A DNA stretch of 64,000 nucleotides from assembly GCA_030390025.1 (NCBI GenBank), contig CM059425.1, forward strand, positions 172,796,001-172,860,000. The letters run 5' to 3'. The notes beneath the pieces were generated by a model. It was not told the origin of the DNA, searched no databases, and saw only the letters and a program-made list of their open reading frames with translations. Below, piece after piece: positions 12,527-26,247 of this stretch. The stretch is from Squalus acanthias. Lineage: Eukaryota. Made by a program: the position numbers and the translations under genes. How positions within the stretch are numbered: the stretch's first letter is position 1; each line of letters begins with the position of its first letter.

Positions 12527-12840
12527 GCTGGGATTTTGCTCACCTCAGCGGGTCCGGGGCGGGCGACGTTGGTGGCGGGTCCCGACCCCACTACTGGCTC
12601 CATTCCACTCTGTGAAATGATTTTCCGTTGATAGGGCTTGTTAAGCCCGCCCAGTGCGTTTCCCGGTCCAATTAGAGGAAGTGGGTCTGGTGACATCATT
12701 TGATGACACGTCATCAGCCGGTTTCCTTAAAAGGACCGTGGCCAACTTTATTTTGACATTTGTGCTGTGAGTGTTCTACAGCATTGAAGTGCTGTAAACA
12801 CTGACAGTGACTGTACAGAGGTGCAGGGCTGCACCCAGGC
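12527..12840 (+). mobile_element. Harbinger terminal fragment (Myb-side end), truncated by L2
   Basis: Starts GGCTGGGATTTTGC; reverse-complement homology to 9060-9378 and 51130-51433. Confidence 0.65.
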
Positions 12841-15617
12841 AGACAACTGGTTTAGCCATTCACCACCAGATCTGGCTGGACCACATAAAACATTATCAGG
12901 TCCCGCTCTCGTCTACCAAAATTGCTCACTATTCCATCATTCTGGAATGCAAAGATAAACCCCAGCTTCTATTCTCCACGGCTAACCGTCTTCTTAAATC
13001 CCTCTCCCCTGTCTCCTCCACCCTCACCTCCAACAACAATTAATTTTGGTAGGGCAAATTTGAATAAGGATTACAGGGTCAACGGCAGGGTTCTGAGGAA
13101 CGTGGAGGAACAGAGGGATCTGGGGGTTCATATCCACAGATCTCTGAAGGTTGCCACTCAAGTGGATAGAGCAGTAAAGAAGGCCTATAGTGTGTTAGTG
13201 TTTATTAACAAGGGGTTTGAGTTTAAGAACCGTGAGGTTATGCTGCAACTGTACAGGACCTTGGTGAGACCACATTTGGAATATTGTGTGCAGTTCTGGT
13301 CACCTCACTATAGGAAGGACGTGGAAGCATTGGAAAGAGTGCAAAGGAGATTTACCAGGATGCTGCCTGGTTTGGGGGGGGAGGTCTTATGAGGAAAGAT
13401 TGAGGGAGCTAGGGCTTTTCTCTTTAGAGCGGAGGAGGATGAGAGGCGACTTAATAGAGATTTATAAGATGATGAGGGGGAATAGATAGAGTGGATGTTC
13501 AGAGACTATTTCCTCGGGTGGATGTAGCTGTTACAAGGGGGCATAACTATAAGGTGCATGGGGGGAGATATAGAAGGGATGTCCGAGGTAGATTCTTTAC
13601 TTAGAGAGTGGTTGGGGTGTGGAATGGACTGCCTGCTGTGATAGTGGAGTCGGACACTTTAGGAACTTTCAAGCGGTTATTGGATAAGCACATGGAGCAC
13701 ACCAGAATGATAGGGAGTGGGATAGCTTGATCTTGGTTTCGGACAATGCTCGGCACAACATCGAGGGCCGAAGGGCCTGTACTGTGCTGTACTGTTCTAT
13801 GTTCTATGTCTATGTTCTAACAAGTGTGAGGAGCTCATGGACTTCTTTGTCTCTTAAGATTGAGACCATCCATTCAGCTGCCTCTGCCACTTCCCTTCCT
13901 TCCCCTAGCCCACCGGGCCAAACTTCTGCTAAGGTTCCCCCCTGCCCTAGCACTGAACTCACATCTTTCTCCAGTTTCTCTCTGATCTCCCCTCATGACC
14001 TCTCCGCGCTCATCTTGTCCATGAGACCCACTTCCTGCTCCCTTGACCCTATTACCACCAAACTGCTGACCACCCAACTTCCTTTTCTGGCTCCCATGTT
14101 AGCTGATATTGTTAACGGTTCTCTCTCCTCCAGTACTGTCCCCATCTCCCTCATATCTGCCGTCATCACCCCTCTCCTTAAAAAAAAACCCTTGACCCCA
14201 TCTCCAATCTCCCTTTCCTCTCCAAAGTCCTTGAACGTGTTGTCGCCTCCCAAATCCATGCCCATCTTTCCCGCAACTCCATATTTGAATCCCTCCAATC
14301 AGGTTTCCGCCCCTGCCACAGTACAGAACGGCTCTCATCAAAGTCACAAATGACATCCTTTGTGACTGTGACAAAGGTAAACTATCCCTCCTCGTCCTTC
14401 TTGATTTGTCTGCAGCCTTTGACAAGATTGTCCACTCCGTCCCTCTCCAACGCCTCTCCACCATCGTCCACTGGGTGAGACTGCACTCGTCTGGTTCCAT
14501 TCTTATTTATCTAATCATAGCCAGAGAATCACCTGCAACAGCTTCTCTTGCCGCTCCTGCATCGTTACCTCTGGTGTCCCCCAAGGATCTATCCTTGGCC
14601 CCCTCCTATTTCTCATCTACATGCTGCCCCTTGGCGACATCATCCGAAAACACAGCATCAGTTTCCACATGTACGCTGATGACACCCAGCTCTACCTCAC
14701 CACCACTTCTCTTGACCCCCTCCACGGTCTCTAAATTGTCAGACTGCTTGTCCGACATCCAGTTCTGGATGAGCAGAAATTTTCTCCAATTAAATATTGG
14801 GAAGACCGAAGCCAATGTTTTCGGTCCGTGCCACAAACTCCGTTCCCTAGCCACTGATTCCATCCCTCTCCCTAACATCTTTCTGAGGGTGAACCTTGGT
14901 GTCATATTTGACCCTGAAATGAGCTTCCGACCACATATCCATGACATAACTAAGATCGCCTATTTCCACCTCCGTAACATCGCCCGTCTCCGCCCTTGCC
15001 CCAGCTCATCTGCTGCTGAAACCCTCATCCATGCCTTTGTTACCTCTAGACTTGACTATTCCAACGCACTCCTGGCTGGCCTCCCACATTTTTCCCTACG
15101 TAAACTTGAGGTCATCCAAAACTCGGCTGCCCGTGTCCTAACTCACACCAAGTCCCATTCACTCATCACTCCTGTGCTCGCTGACCAATATTGGCTCCTG
15201 ATTAAGCAACGCCTCGATTTCAAAATTCTCATCCTTGTTTTCAAATCCCTCCATGGCCTCGTCCCTCCCTATCTCTGTAATCTCCTTCAGCCTCACAACC
15301 ACCCGAGACACATGCGCTCCTCTAATTCTGCCCTCTTGAGCATCCCTGGTTATAATCACTCAACCATTGGTGGCCGTGCCTTCTGTTGCCTAGGCCCTAA
15401 GCTCAGGAATTCCCTGCCTAAAGCTCTCCACCTCTCTACCTCTCTTTCCTCCTATGCGATGCTCCTTAAAACCTACCTCTTTAACCAAGCTTTTGGTCAC
15501 CTGCCCTACTTTCTCCTTATGTGGCTCAGTGCCAAATATTTTGTCTTTTAATACGCCTGTGAAGTGCCTTGGGACATTTTACTTTGTTAAAGGCGCTATA
15601 TAAATTCAAGTTGTTAT
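12841..15617 (+). mobile_element. L2-clade LINE fragment (ORF2 RT and 3' end), interrupted by CR1 at about 13042-13818
   Basis: [19 protein letters not shown] (frameshifted), [15 protein letters not shown] and HAFVTSRLDYSNALLAG motifs; 3' end GGCGCTATATAAATTCAAGTTGTT. Confidence 0.9.
13042..13818 (+). mobile_element. 5'-truncated CR1 nested in L2
   Basis: [24 protein letters not shown]; (ttctatg)n tail; AACAA duplicated at the junctions. Confidence 0.88.
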
Positions 15618-16004
15618 ACAAAATGAAATATTTGGCACCTTGAATGAATCATGGTCCATACCTTGAAACCTTTGAATTGACTTTGATGAATTAGCATTTT
15701 GTGTGCCAATTCTAAGAATGATTCATTGTAACAATTTTTTTATTTTTTAAATGTTAATAGGTGTGTATTACATGTTTTTAATAACCAGTACTCCCATATA
15801 TGTAAACTGTTCAATATTGTACATATATAGGTTATAGAAGTGCATACTATACTAATTATATTGTAGACCATTTTTCACACTTTGTAGTTCATTTTGAATT
15901 TCCTTTTTGAGGTGCACATATGCGTTTTACAATTCTGGTTGTTTTTCAAACTACAACTATATTTATATCAGACTTATTTTTTAAAGTCAACTCCTCACTA
16001 TTCG

Positions 16005-16983
16005 TAATGATCTAGACGAGGGAACTAGATGTAATATCTGTAAGTTTGCAGACGACACAAAGCTGGGTGGGCGTGTGTGCTGTGAGGAGGATGCAGAGAA
16101 ACTCCAGTATGATTTGGGCAGGTTGGGTGATTGGGCAGATGCATGGCAGATGCAGTATAATGTGGATAAATGCGAGGTTATCCACTTTGGTGGCAAAAAC
16201 AGGAAGACAGATTATTATCTGAACGGCAATAGATTGGGAAAAGGGGAAGTGCAACGAGATCTGGGAGTCCTTGTGCACCAGTCGCTGAAGGTAAGCATGC
16301 AGGTGCAGCAGGCGGTTAAGAAGGCAAATGGTATGTTGGCCTTCATAGCGAGAGGATTCGAGTACAGGAGCAAGGAGGTCTTGCTGCAGTTGTACAAGGC
16401 CTTGGTGAGACCACACCTTGAGTATTGTGTGCAGTTTTGGTCGCCTTATCTGAGGAAGGATGTTCTTGCCATGGAGGGAGTGCAGCGAAGATTTACCAGA
16501 CTGATACCTGGGATGGCAAGAATGACGTATGAAGAGAGATTGGGTCGATTAGGCTTATATTCGCTAGAGTTTAGAAGAATGAGAGGGGATCTCATTGAAA
16601 CTTATAAAATTCTAACAGGACTAGACAGACTAGATGCAGGAAGGATGTTCCCGATGGCGGGGGAGTCCAGAACCAGAGGTCACAGTCTTAAGGATAAGGG
16701 GTAAGCCATTTAGGACTGAGATGAGGAGGAATTTCTTCACCCAGAGAGTGGTGAACCTGTGGAATTCTCTACCACAGAAGGCAGTTGAGGCCAATTCATT
16801 AAATATATTCAAGAAGGAGATAGATATATTTCTTAAGGCTAAAGGGATCAAGGGATATGGGGAGAAAGCAGGGACAGGGTACTGAGTTTGGATGATCAGC
16901 CATGATCTCATTAAATGGCGGAGCAGACTCGAGGGGCCAAATGGCCTACTCCTGCTCCTATCTTCTGTGCTTCTATGTTTCAT
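16005..16983 (+). mobile_element. 5'-truncated CR1 (young subfamily)
   Basis: ORFs 16075-16704 and 16634-16885 are the ORF2 C-terminus; the 3' UTR is nearly identical to the inverted copy at 25243-26247. Confidence 0.92.
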
Positions 16984-19900
16984 TTGTCTGTATTTAAAAC
17001 ATAAAAGGAATATTCTTCGTTAAAATTAAGTTTGAATGTGAACACGATCACTTGATTTCTTATAAATTTATAATTTTGTACTCTTCTTTCTTTGAAATTA
17101 GCATCCTAGTAGGTGCTACCACTTGAGTCTTTGCCTGGCTTTCAGAGAACCATGGCACTTTAAAATGAGCCAAACAGATGTGGAAGTGTTGAACATGGCC
17201 ATACCTGTGCTGCTGCCTTAAAAGAAAATCTAATTTTAAAAAGAAAGCATGCCTCAAAATAGTCCATTGTGCCTTACATATCAATTTGAAAGTTCAAAAT
17301 TGTATATGAAATTCCTGCTGATTGTAGTTATGTTCATAAATGTATTTTTGGGGGGTTTACATGAATCATCAAACAGATCATGGATATGGCATGATTTAGC
17401 TTCAATATTCAGCTACTGTATCTCTTTTCAACAATTTATTTTAACTCAACATATGCACAATAATTATAAACATGACTTTACCATTCTACCTATTGTCAAT
17501 CCTAATACTATATTCAATGCAGGTTTCTGTTGAGGTCCTTTGTCCATCAAAGAATGGGATTATGCTAGCAGAGCTTAATTCATAATTAACCAATAAAAGG
17601 AGGGCTATATCCTTGTACTCCTGGGCTCAATTTGAACATTAACTTAAATAGGTTGGTTCAGTACTGTAGTGCAGAACCATACAATACAGTATTGCGAAAC
17701 TAAATCAAAATTGTAATCTTATTTCATTTGACAACCGATGTACCTCATCCATTTTATTTGAGATTCTTGACGCACATAAAAAGAGTAATTTTCTCCAAGT
17801 TGGGACTAGTTTATCGAGAAGAAAATGTGGCCACTCCACATCAAATAAATTGTCACATATTTGAATTAGTCAACCAAAAAAACTAGAAGGATAGCTGTTA
17901 TTATAATATGCTATAGAACCCCTTCATAAAGTTTTCTAATAAAATACCTCAGATATAAAATTAATCTCCAATAGTTCTCTCACTAATTGAGAACCCATAT
18001 AAAATAACCATTTGGAATGAGCTATCCTTTAAAGGCTCACAAAAGATACATTTTAATTGTTCACATTTGCAGCAGCGTGAATTGTACATTGCTGAACAAA
18101 TTCAATTTATGAATTTCATAGCACTTGCTGTACAATCATGAGGGGTTTTTATTGATCAAAGTATGTTCTAAAATGAGGCAAAAATTATATCTTAATTCCA
18201 TATGCTGTCATGATGAATGAAGCATAATGGAATATTTAAATTTGAAACCATCTTAGTGTATTGTGAGCTATCAAAAGCATTATGTAATGGAAACATCGCT
18301 TTTACAAGCACTTGCAAAGCATAAAATTTTAAGCTTTGGTTTCAATGCACTTTAACTTTGCAGCTATTTCCCACACACATGACCAGATAGATGATATAAA
18401 TACCAAAGCTAATCATTGTTTACTTTATATTTTGAAATATGTGTTGAGTTTGATATTTAGTTCCATGTTTAAGTATAATTCAGACGAAACAATCTGCTGC
18501 AGTAATTTTAGCTTCCATTTTCTGTAGCTAATGCTGACGGCTTGAAATGTTATGAAAAATATTGATTCTTTACACACTACAAAAAAAACTTGTTAAAGTG
18601 AATGTTGTTTATGGGTAATCAAACTCTCCCAATGAAAGTAAAGGGTTAACTGTTTTTCACTCTTTAAAACATTTTGAAGTCTCTGAATCCTTTCTGTCAT
18701 TGTTATTTTAAAAAATGGTTTTGCATTGAAAAAGGCTTAAAAAAGGAGCTTGGAAAAATTAGATAAATCAGTTTTGCTGTCAGTAGTACTGGCAGCTTGT
18801 GACTGAAATTATTCAAAATATTCCAATGCTTGGATAATTTCAGTCATACTAAATTTACAGGTCTCATGCTTTATTAAGTGCCATTGGAATTTAAAATCCA
18901 TGCTGTATTGAGAAGGGCTTTTAGAAAAAGCTTAAAATATTAAACAAATCTGTCCTGCAGCAATTATATATATTTTATGAAGATTTATTGTGCTCCTTTT
19001 TTCTTTTACTGTAGGTCACAGTCACTGCAAATTCTGTCACTGAGTATGGTTGATTTGATGATAAACAACACTGTTTTGAATTTGTCTTACTCTGCAGATC
19101 AAGTTTTAACAACTAACAGTTCATCATTGTATGAACAAAGTACCCTACATGGAAAGGAGATAGAGGCTCAAATTTGCAGGCAAATTGCAGAAAGATGCAA
19201 GAACTATAGAGTAGTAATAATGGGGGATTTCAATTATCCCAATATAGACTGGGATAGTAACAGTATAAAAGGGCAAAGAGGTGAGAAATTCCTGAAATGT
19301 GTACAAGAGAACTTGTGTTTACAGCCCAACGAGGAAGGTAGCAGTGCTGGATCTAGTTCTGGGGAATGAAGTGGAGCATGTTTCACAGGGGGAGCATTTG
19401 GGGAACAGTGATCATAATATCATTAGGGTTAGAATAGTTATGGAAAAGGATAAGGAACAATCAAGCATAAAAATACTTAACTGGAGGAGGGCTAATTTCA
19501 GTGAGTTGAAAAGGGATCTTGCCCAGGTGGATTAGAATCAAAAATTGGTAGGCAAAACAGAAATTGAACAATGGGAGGTCTTCAAGGAGAAGATAGTTCG
19601 GGTCAGAGTAGCCACATTCCCATGAGGGGGAGAGGAAGGGCATCCAAAGCTAGAGCTCCATGGATGACTAAAGATATTGAGATTAAAATGAAACAGAAAA
19701 AGGAGGCTTATGACAAATGTAAGGTTCATAATACACTAGAGAACCAAGCTGAATGCAGAAAGTACAACGGAGATCTAAAAAAGGGAATAAGAGGGGCAAA
19801 GAGAGAGTATGAGAATAGGTTAGCAGCTAACATAAAAGGGAACCCAAAATTCTTTTAGAAACATATAAATAGTAAAAGGGTAGTCAAAGTAAGGGGTGGG

Positions 19901-20308
19901 ACTGATTAGGGACATCTTCTTGTGGAGGCAGGAGGTATGGCGGAGGTACTAAATGAATACTTCACGTCTGTCTTCATCAGAGAACAGAATGCTGGCAATG
20001 TTGCAGTAAAGGAGGAGGTAGTAGCGATATTGGATAGGATAAAAATAGATAAAGAGGAGGTACTTAAAAGGTTGGCAGTACTCAAAGTACAAAAGTCACC
20101 TGGTCCAGATGGGATGCATCCAAGTTTGCTGAGGGAAGTAAGGATGGAAATTGCGGAGGGTTTGACCACAATATTCCAATCCTCTTGGGTATGGGGATGG
20201 TTCCAAAGGACTAGAGGATTGTAAATGTTATATTCCTGTTCAAAATAAATGCAGCAATTACAGGCTGGTCAGTCTAACCTCGGTGGTGGGGAATCTTTTA
20301 GAGACAAT

Positions 20309-20665
20309 GGGGGGAATTGTAACTCTAAAAATGGGTGCGTTGGGGTCGGGTGGCAGGTTAAAGAGTTAATAAACTGAATCCTGACCCCCAACCTGCCCAC
20401 TTCTGGTTTTCATGCCTCATGCTGATCCACCATTACAAATTTAACTCTGGCTGGTCGGGTTTCCGAGGCCTCCGGGAACCTGCCAGCTAAAGCAAGGCGA
20501 GGACTGCTGAATCCAGGAGGTAAATGCCTTTCCACTTAGCCTCGGATCACCCCCCGACCTCCCCACCCCGAGGCAGTTAAATTCGAAATCTGTTCTCCCA
20601 GGTTTCCCGACCGCTTTCTAGCCCACCCCCTGCTCCCGACCCACCTCCAGATTAAAATTCCAGCC
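20309..20665. mobile_element. Harbinger-like MITE inserted in CR1-A
   Basis: Degenerate TIRs GGGGGGAATTGTAA / TTAAAATTCCAGCC with AAT/ATT flanks; CR1 reads through when it is removed. Confidence 0.6.
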
Positions 20666-21324
20666 ATTAATCCGGGACAAGATTAATTAGCGTTTGCAAA
20701 AGTATGGGCTAATATGAACATAAGAAATAGGAGCCTGCTCCGTCTTTCAATAAGATCATGGCTGATCTTCGATCTCAACTCCACTTTCCCGCCGATCCCC
20801 ATATCCCTCGAGTTCAAAAATCTATCAATCTCAGTCTTGAATCAATCTCAATGACTGAACATTCACAGCCCTCTGGGATAGGGAATTTCAACGGTTCACA
20901 TCCCTCTGAGTGAAGATATTTTTCCTTATCTCAATTCTAAATTGCTGACCCCTTATCCTGAGACTATGCACCCTAGTTTTAGCCTAGGGGAAACAACCCT
21001 ATCAAGCCCTCTCAGAATCTTATATGTTTCAATGAGATCACCTCTCATTCTTCTAAACTCCAGAAAGTATCGGCCCATTCTACTCAATCTCTCCTCATAG
21101 GATAACCCTCTCATCCCAGGAATCAATCTAGTGAACCTTCGTTGCAACCCCTCCAGTACTCCAGGTGTGGTCTCACCAAAGCCCAATACAATTACAGCAT
21201 GACTTCCTTACTCTTGTACTCCAACCTCCTTGCAATAAAGGCCAACATGCCATTCCTTGCTGTACCTGCATGTTAACTTTCTGTGTTTCGTGTACAAGGA
21301 CGCCCAAGTGCCTCTGAACACCAA

Positions 21325-24300
21325 GGGCTCGATTTTAATTCCCGAAGCGGGTTGGAGTCGGGTTGCATGGTGGGTGGGTTCCGGATCCGCTTCCGGCGGG
21401 ATCAGCTGCTGATGTCCGATTTTAATGAAATCAGCTTGTTAAGTTCATTGGGGCGCGCTGGCCGGTCTAATGAGTGCGATCGGGTCGGCTGGCCGCCTCT
21501 GATGATGTCATCATAGCAACTGGCTCTAAATCTCCCATTCAGCCTATGCCTTTCTCTTCTGCATTCTGATACTCAGTGATATTGCTCCAACCATAATGAC
21601 TTCTTCCAGAGGCAAGACAGCTCCTTGATTTAATGATGAGTCCCTCCATGTTCTTGTCGAAGTTGTAAGAGGGCGCAGGGAGATTCTCTTCCCTCCGGAT
21701 GGCCGGAGGAAGCCTCTTCAGCAGACCAAGGCTGCGCATTGCTGAGGAGGTCCGCGCAAGGTCCATTTATTCACGCTCCTGGATCCAGTGCAGGAAACGC
21801 TTTAATGATCTTGTGCGAACATCAAAAGTGAGTATCCCATCACACTTACCTTCAATCTGCTTCCCTTCACTTCTCATCACCAGCACTCTGCGTTGTAAGC
21901 CTGCTCCTCCAAATACCACCTTACCCTTACTTCCCTTGCACCCTTACCTATCCATCCCTGTCTCTGTATTGAATCACTTCAGCATCCTGCCTATGCACCC
22001 TTTAGACTCGCTCTCACTGTTATGCAGTGACAGCAACTAACAACGCACAGGGAGCTAGCTTCCTCTTGGCACCTTACCCCATCTTCGTCTCCCTCAAAGC
22101 TTCTATGTTAGCGATTCTTCACACTCACTCCATCACTGTGGTTGAAACTCTGCTTGTGTCCCTCCTTGCAGGAAAAGATAGCCCACAATAAGAGGGAGAG
22201 AGCAATGACTGGAGGAGGAACACCTACCCTAGCAACATTGACAAGTGCTGAGGAGGCTGCACACAAAATTGTTGGAGGTGGTGAGGATCTGGAAGTGGGC
22301 GATGGAGAGATGGGCACACGAGAGGAAGCTGGTGGCATAATAGAGTTTCATCCCTCTCATTGACATTTAGTGATTGACTGCAATGGCATATGATGTTCAT
22401 AGAGAATCGCATTGTATCATCTGCTCAAAAGGATGTGTCCGCTACATCAATATCATGCCTTTACTCTCCCACAGGACCATCGAGCGCCCCCCTCCCCACG
22501 ATCCAGGATGAAGAGCCGGACGACTCCTCAGAGGAACCTGAAGCCTCTGAGGGAGCAGCGTCACCAGGACTCAGCGCACCCAGCACCAGCGCAGCAACGC
22601 ACACCTCGGTGGGGCCATCGCGAGTTAGAGTAGTGTTGCCACCTGGTCTATCACAGCTCACAAGTGAGCATCAGCAGATGGTGGAGCCAGCAACAGCAGT
22701 GGAGAGTTCTCAGCGGAGGTCGCAGCAATCTCCTAGCTCTGCTGAGCTGCATGCAGGCGATGTGCCTCTGGGGCCATCCAGAAAAGGAGCATCTCGGGAA
22801 ATACAGGAACAAGTACAGGAGTCTCTGGAAGTGTTTGCTTCCAGGGTTAGTGCGAGTGTGGATAGAATGGAGGAGTCCATCTCTAACATCAGCACTGCCA
22901 TGGTGGAGGCAGTGGCGCATGAACGCACCACCATGGATAGGATGGCAACCTCTATGGATAGGATGGCATCCTCCGTGGAAAGGCTGGCTACCTCCGTGGA
23001 AAGGATGGCTACCGCCATGGAGGAAATAAGTCGCCAGAGTCAGGAAAACACGTGACTGTTCAAAATAGAATGTCATCTCTGGAGGAGAGATGGGCAGCTA
23101 TTGAGCAGAGAGACCAGAGCTTCATGGACGTCCTTGTGATGAGGACTGCCAGTGTAGATACGGGTCCTCATGGTCCCCCTGATGTGCAGCAAGGTACTCT
23201 CCAGCCACTTGCCAGCACTGAGGTGCGGCTGACCCATGAGAGGGATGTTGTTGGCAGGACACAAGGAAGTGTGGGCTCCTCTCAAAGCGCTCACACGATC
23301 ATGTCACTGCGGAGCCCTCGGTCAGACACCCACTTTGCGGAGACAACTGAGATGGCTGTTTCAGCCCTTGCACAGCCGCAGGAAGAGCAGACTGTTGAAG
23401 AGTCCTCCCAGGCTCCCATACCCAGAGGACACCCACCAAAGGCGTCTAAGCAGGCGCAGCATCCTAGTTAGCAAAGTGCCTCTACATCTGCTGAAGCCAC
23501 AGGGGAAGCACCACGTAGAAGCACGCGTAAGAGAAAGATTAAGCACATATAGTCACAAGGGGACTCACGTGGGTGTTTTGTCTTTTTTTTCTGACTGTTC
23601 TTGGTTTATGATCCTTTTGTCATGTGTAAAAGAAAAATTATGGCAAACGGTTGATTGTGTGGCCTATGTGTTCTGGGAAATGGCAAAAGTGCATTAAGGG
23701 CTCAGGGTGACTTGCTTTTGTAATGCCAATGGTGAAAGTGATGAGAAATAACCGGGTATAGCAGAAATGATGTATGACGTTGGACAAATGTCGCCTACAA
23801 TTACAGAGCCATATGGTAGCCACCTATGGTTGAAGAGTGAGCTTATGTGAATGTGGCATGGCAGTTTGCATACCCTGCTTGACGGGCAGCAGTGAACTGG
23901 AGGGATGCTGCATTGGTCGCAACAGGGCATGCAAGGCCCCCCCCCCCGTCCTCCTCCTCTTCCCAGTTAGATCTGCACTGAGCCACGCGGCTGCTATTCC
24001 TCCAATTATGAGGACCAGGATGAGAGAACATAAATTTTTCCCATCCCCTTGCTATAGATTTCATTTGAGGCAACAAGCTTGCAAGCGCACAGTCGAAGTG
24101 GCCTGAAATTATTCCATTCAGGTCACACTGCAGGTGGGTGTCAGCTTGAACAGTTACAAGGTCAGTAGATGTGCAAAATGTTATCCCATACCTACAACAG
24201 CAAAGTTGTTGCATTTGAATGTCAGCCATGTTTCAGAGGCGCTTTTAAAGTGCTCCACCAATGCATACAAATCATGTCCTCCAGCAACTCGTCTCCTTGA

Positions 24301-24572
24301 ACCTGGCCTGTTTCTGACAATACGGGAAACAGGAGCCAGAAGCACGAAAATGGGAAACCACTATAAAAATAGGATTAGCAAGGCAGTTAACAGGCTGTTA
24401 ACTGCCTTAACTAACTGTCCCACCGGTTCCAGTCGGGTCAGTTGGGAGCGGGCTGAACAGATACTCACGAAAATCGGGTGGGGGCGGGATGGAGGCGGGT
24501 TGGGTGTCTGAAGCCATTTTTTTCATATTTTCCCTCCCAACCCGCCTCCTCAGGGCTATTAAAATCGAGGCC
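21325..24572 (+). mobile_element. PIF/Harbinger element with 3-exon Myb/SANT gene (+) and truncated transposase 5' end (-)
   Basis: TIRs GGGCTCGATTTTAAT / ATTAAAATCGAGGCC, TSD CAA. Myb exons at about 21596-21827 (..SWIQCRKRFNDL..|gtgagt), 22172-22331 (EKIAHNKRERAMTGGG) and 22475-~23540; carries a stop and frameshifts. Confidence 0.88.
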
Positions 24573-25242
24573 CAACAATTAATAGTTTCTCACCATTTAA
24601 AAAATATTTTGTTTTTCTATTTTTCCTACCAAAGCGAATAAACTCACATTTCCCCACATTACACTCCATCTGCCACCTTCTTGCCCACTCACTTAACATG
24701 TCTATATCCCTTTGCAACTTCTTTGTGTCCTCCTCACAGCTTACTTTCCCACCTAGCTTTGTATCGTCAGCAAACTTGGATATGTTACACTCGGTCCCTT
24801 CATCTAAGTCACTAATATAGATTGTAAATAGCTGAGGCCCCAGTACTGATTCTTGCAGCACCCCACTCGTAACAGCCTGCCAACCTGAAAATGACCCGTT
24901 TATTCCTACTCTCTGTCTTCTGTCCTTTAACCAATCCTCTATCCATGCTTATATATTACTCCCAATCCCATGAGCCCTTATCTTGTGCGACAACCTTTCG
25001 TGTGGCATCTTATCAAATGCCTTTTGCAAATCCATATCTACTGCATCCACTGGTTCCCCTTTATCTACTCTGCTCGTTACATCCTCAAAAAACTCTAATA
25101 GATTTGTCAAACACGAATACTTTTTCATAAAACCATGTTGACTCTGCCTAATCATATTACGGTTTTCTAAGTGCCCTGTTACCACTTCCAAAATTCTATA
25201 GATTATGGAACAGTTCCTGCAGATTGGAGGGTGGCACATGTA

Positions 25243-26247
25243 TAGAAGCATAGAAGATAGGAGCAGGAGTAGGCCATTCGGCCCCTCGAGCCTGCTCCGC
25301 CATTTAATGAGATCATGGCTGATCATCCAAATTCAGTACCCTGTCCCTGCTTTCTCCCCATATCCCTTGATCCCTTTAGCCTTAAGAAATATATCTATCT
25401 CCTTCTTGAATATATTTAATGAATTGGCCTCAACTGCCTTCTGTGGTAGAGAATTCCACAGGTTCACCACTCTCTGGGTGAAGAAATTCCTCCTCATCTC
25501 AGTCCTAAATGGCTTACCCCTTATCCTTAGACTGTGACCTCTGGTTCTGGACTCCCCCGCCATCGGGAACATCCTTCCTGCATCTAGTCTGTCTAGTCCT
25601 GTTAGAATTAATCGACCCAATCTCTCTTCATACGTCATTCTTGCCATCCCAGGTATCAGTCTGGTGAATCTTCGCTGCACTCCCTCCATGGCAAGAACAT
25701 CCTTCCTCAGATAAGGCGACCAAAACGGCACACAATACTCAAGGTGTGGTCTCACCAAGGCCTTGTACAACTGCAGCAAGACATCCTTGCTCCTGTACTC
25801 GAATCCTCTCGCTATGAAGGCCAACATACCATTTGCCTTCTTAACCGCCTGCTGCACCTGCATGCTTACCTTCAGCGACTGGTGCACAAGGACTCCCAGA
25901 TCTCGTTGCAATTCCCCTTTTCCCAATCTATTGCCGTTCAGATAATCTGTCGTCCTGTTTTTGCCACCAAAGTGGATAACCTCGCATTTATCCACATTAT
26001 ACTGCATCTGCCCAATCACCCAACCTGTCCAAATCATACTGGAGTTTCTCTGCATCCTCCTCACAGCACACATGCCCACCCAGCTTTGTGTCATCTGCAA
26101 ACTTAGAGATATTACATCTAGTTCCCTCGTCTAGATCATTAATATATATTGTGAATAGCTGGGGTCCTAGCACCGATCCCTGCGGTACCCCACTAGTCAC
26201 TGCCTGCCACTCGGAAAAAGACCCGTTTATTCCAACTCTTTGCTTCC
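25243..26247 (-). mobile_element. CR1-D, 5'-truncated, nested in CR1-C
   Basis: ORF 25333-26100; TGTA at both junctions; same subfamily as 16005-16983, with small internal deletions. Confidence 0.9.

Noticed and set aside
12922..13392. 156-aa ORF
   Set aside because: Chimeric frame across an L2/CR1 junction.
14406..15551. 381-aa ORF
   Set aside because: Frameshifted L2 ORF2; only part is in the true RT frame.
21596..23540. MSANTD/NAIF1-like host gene nested in the intron
   Set aside because: Inside a TIR-bounded element, with a premature stop and frameshifts.
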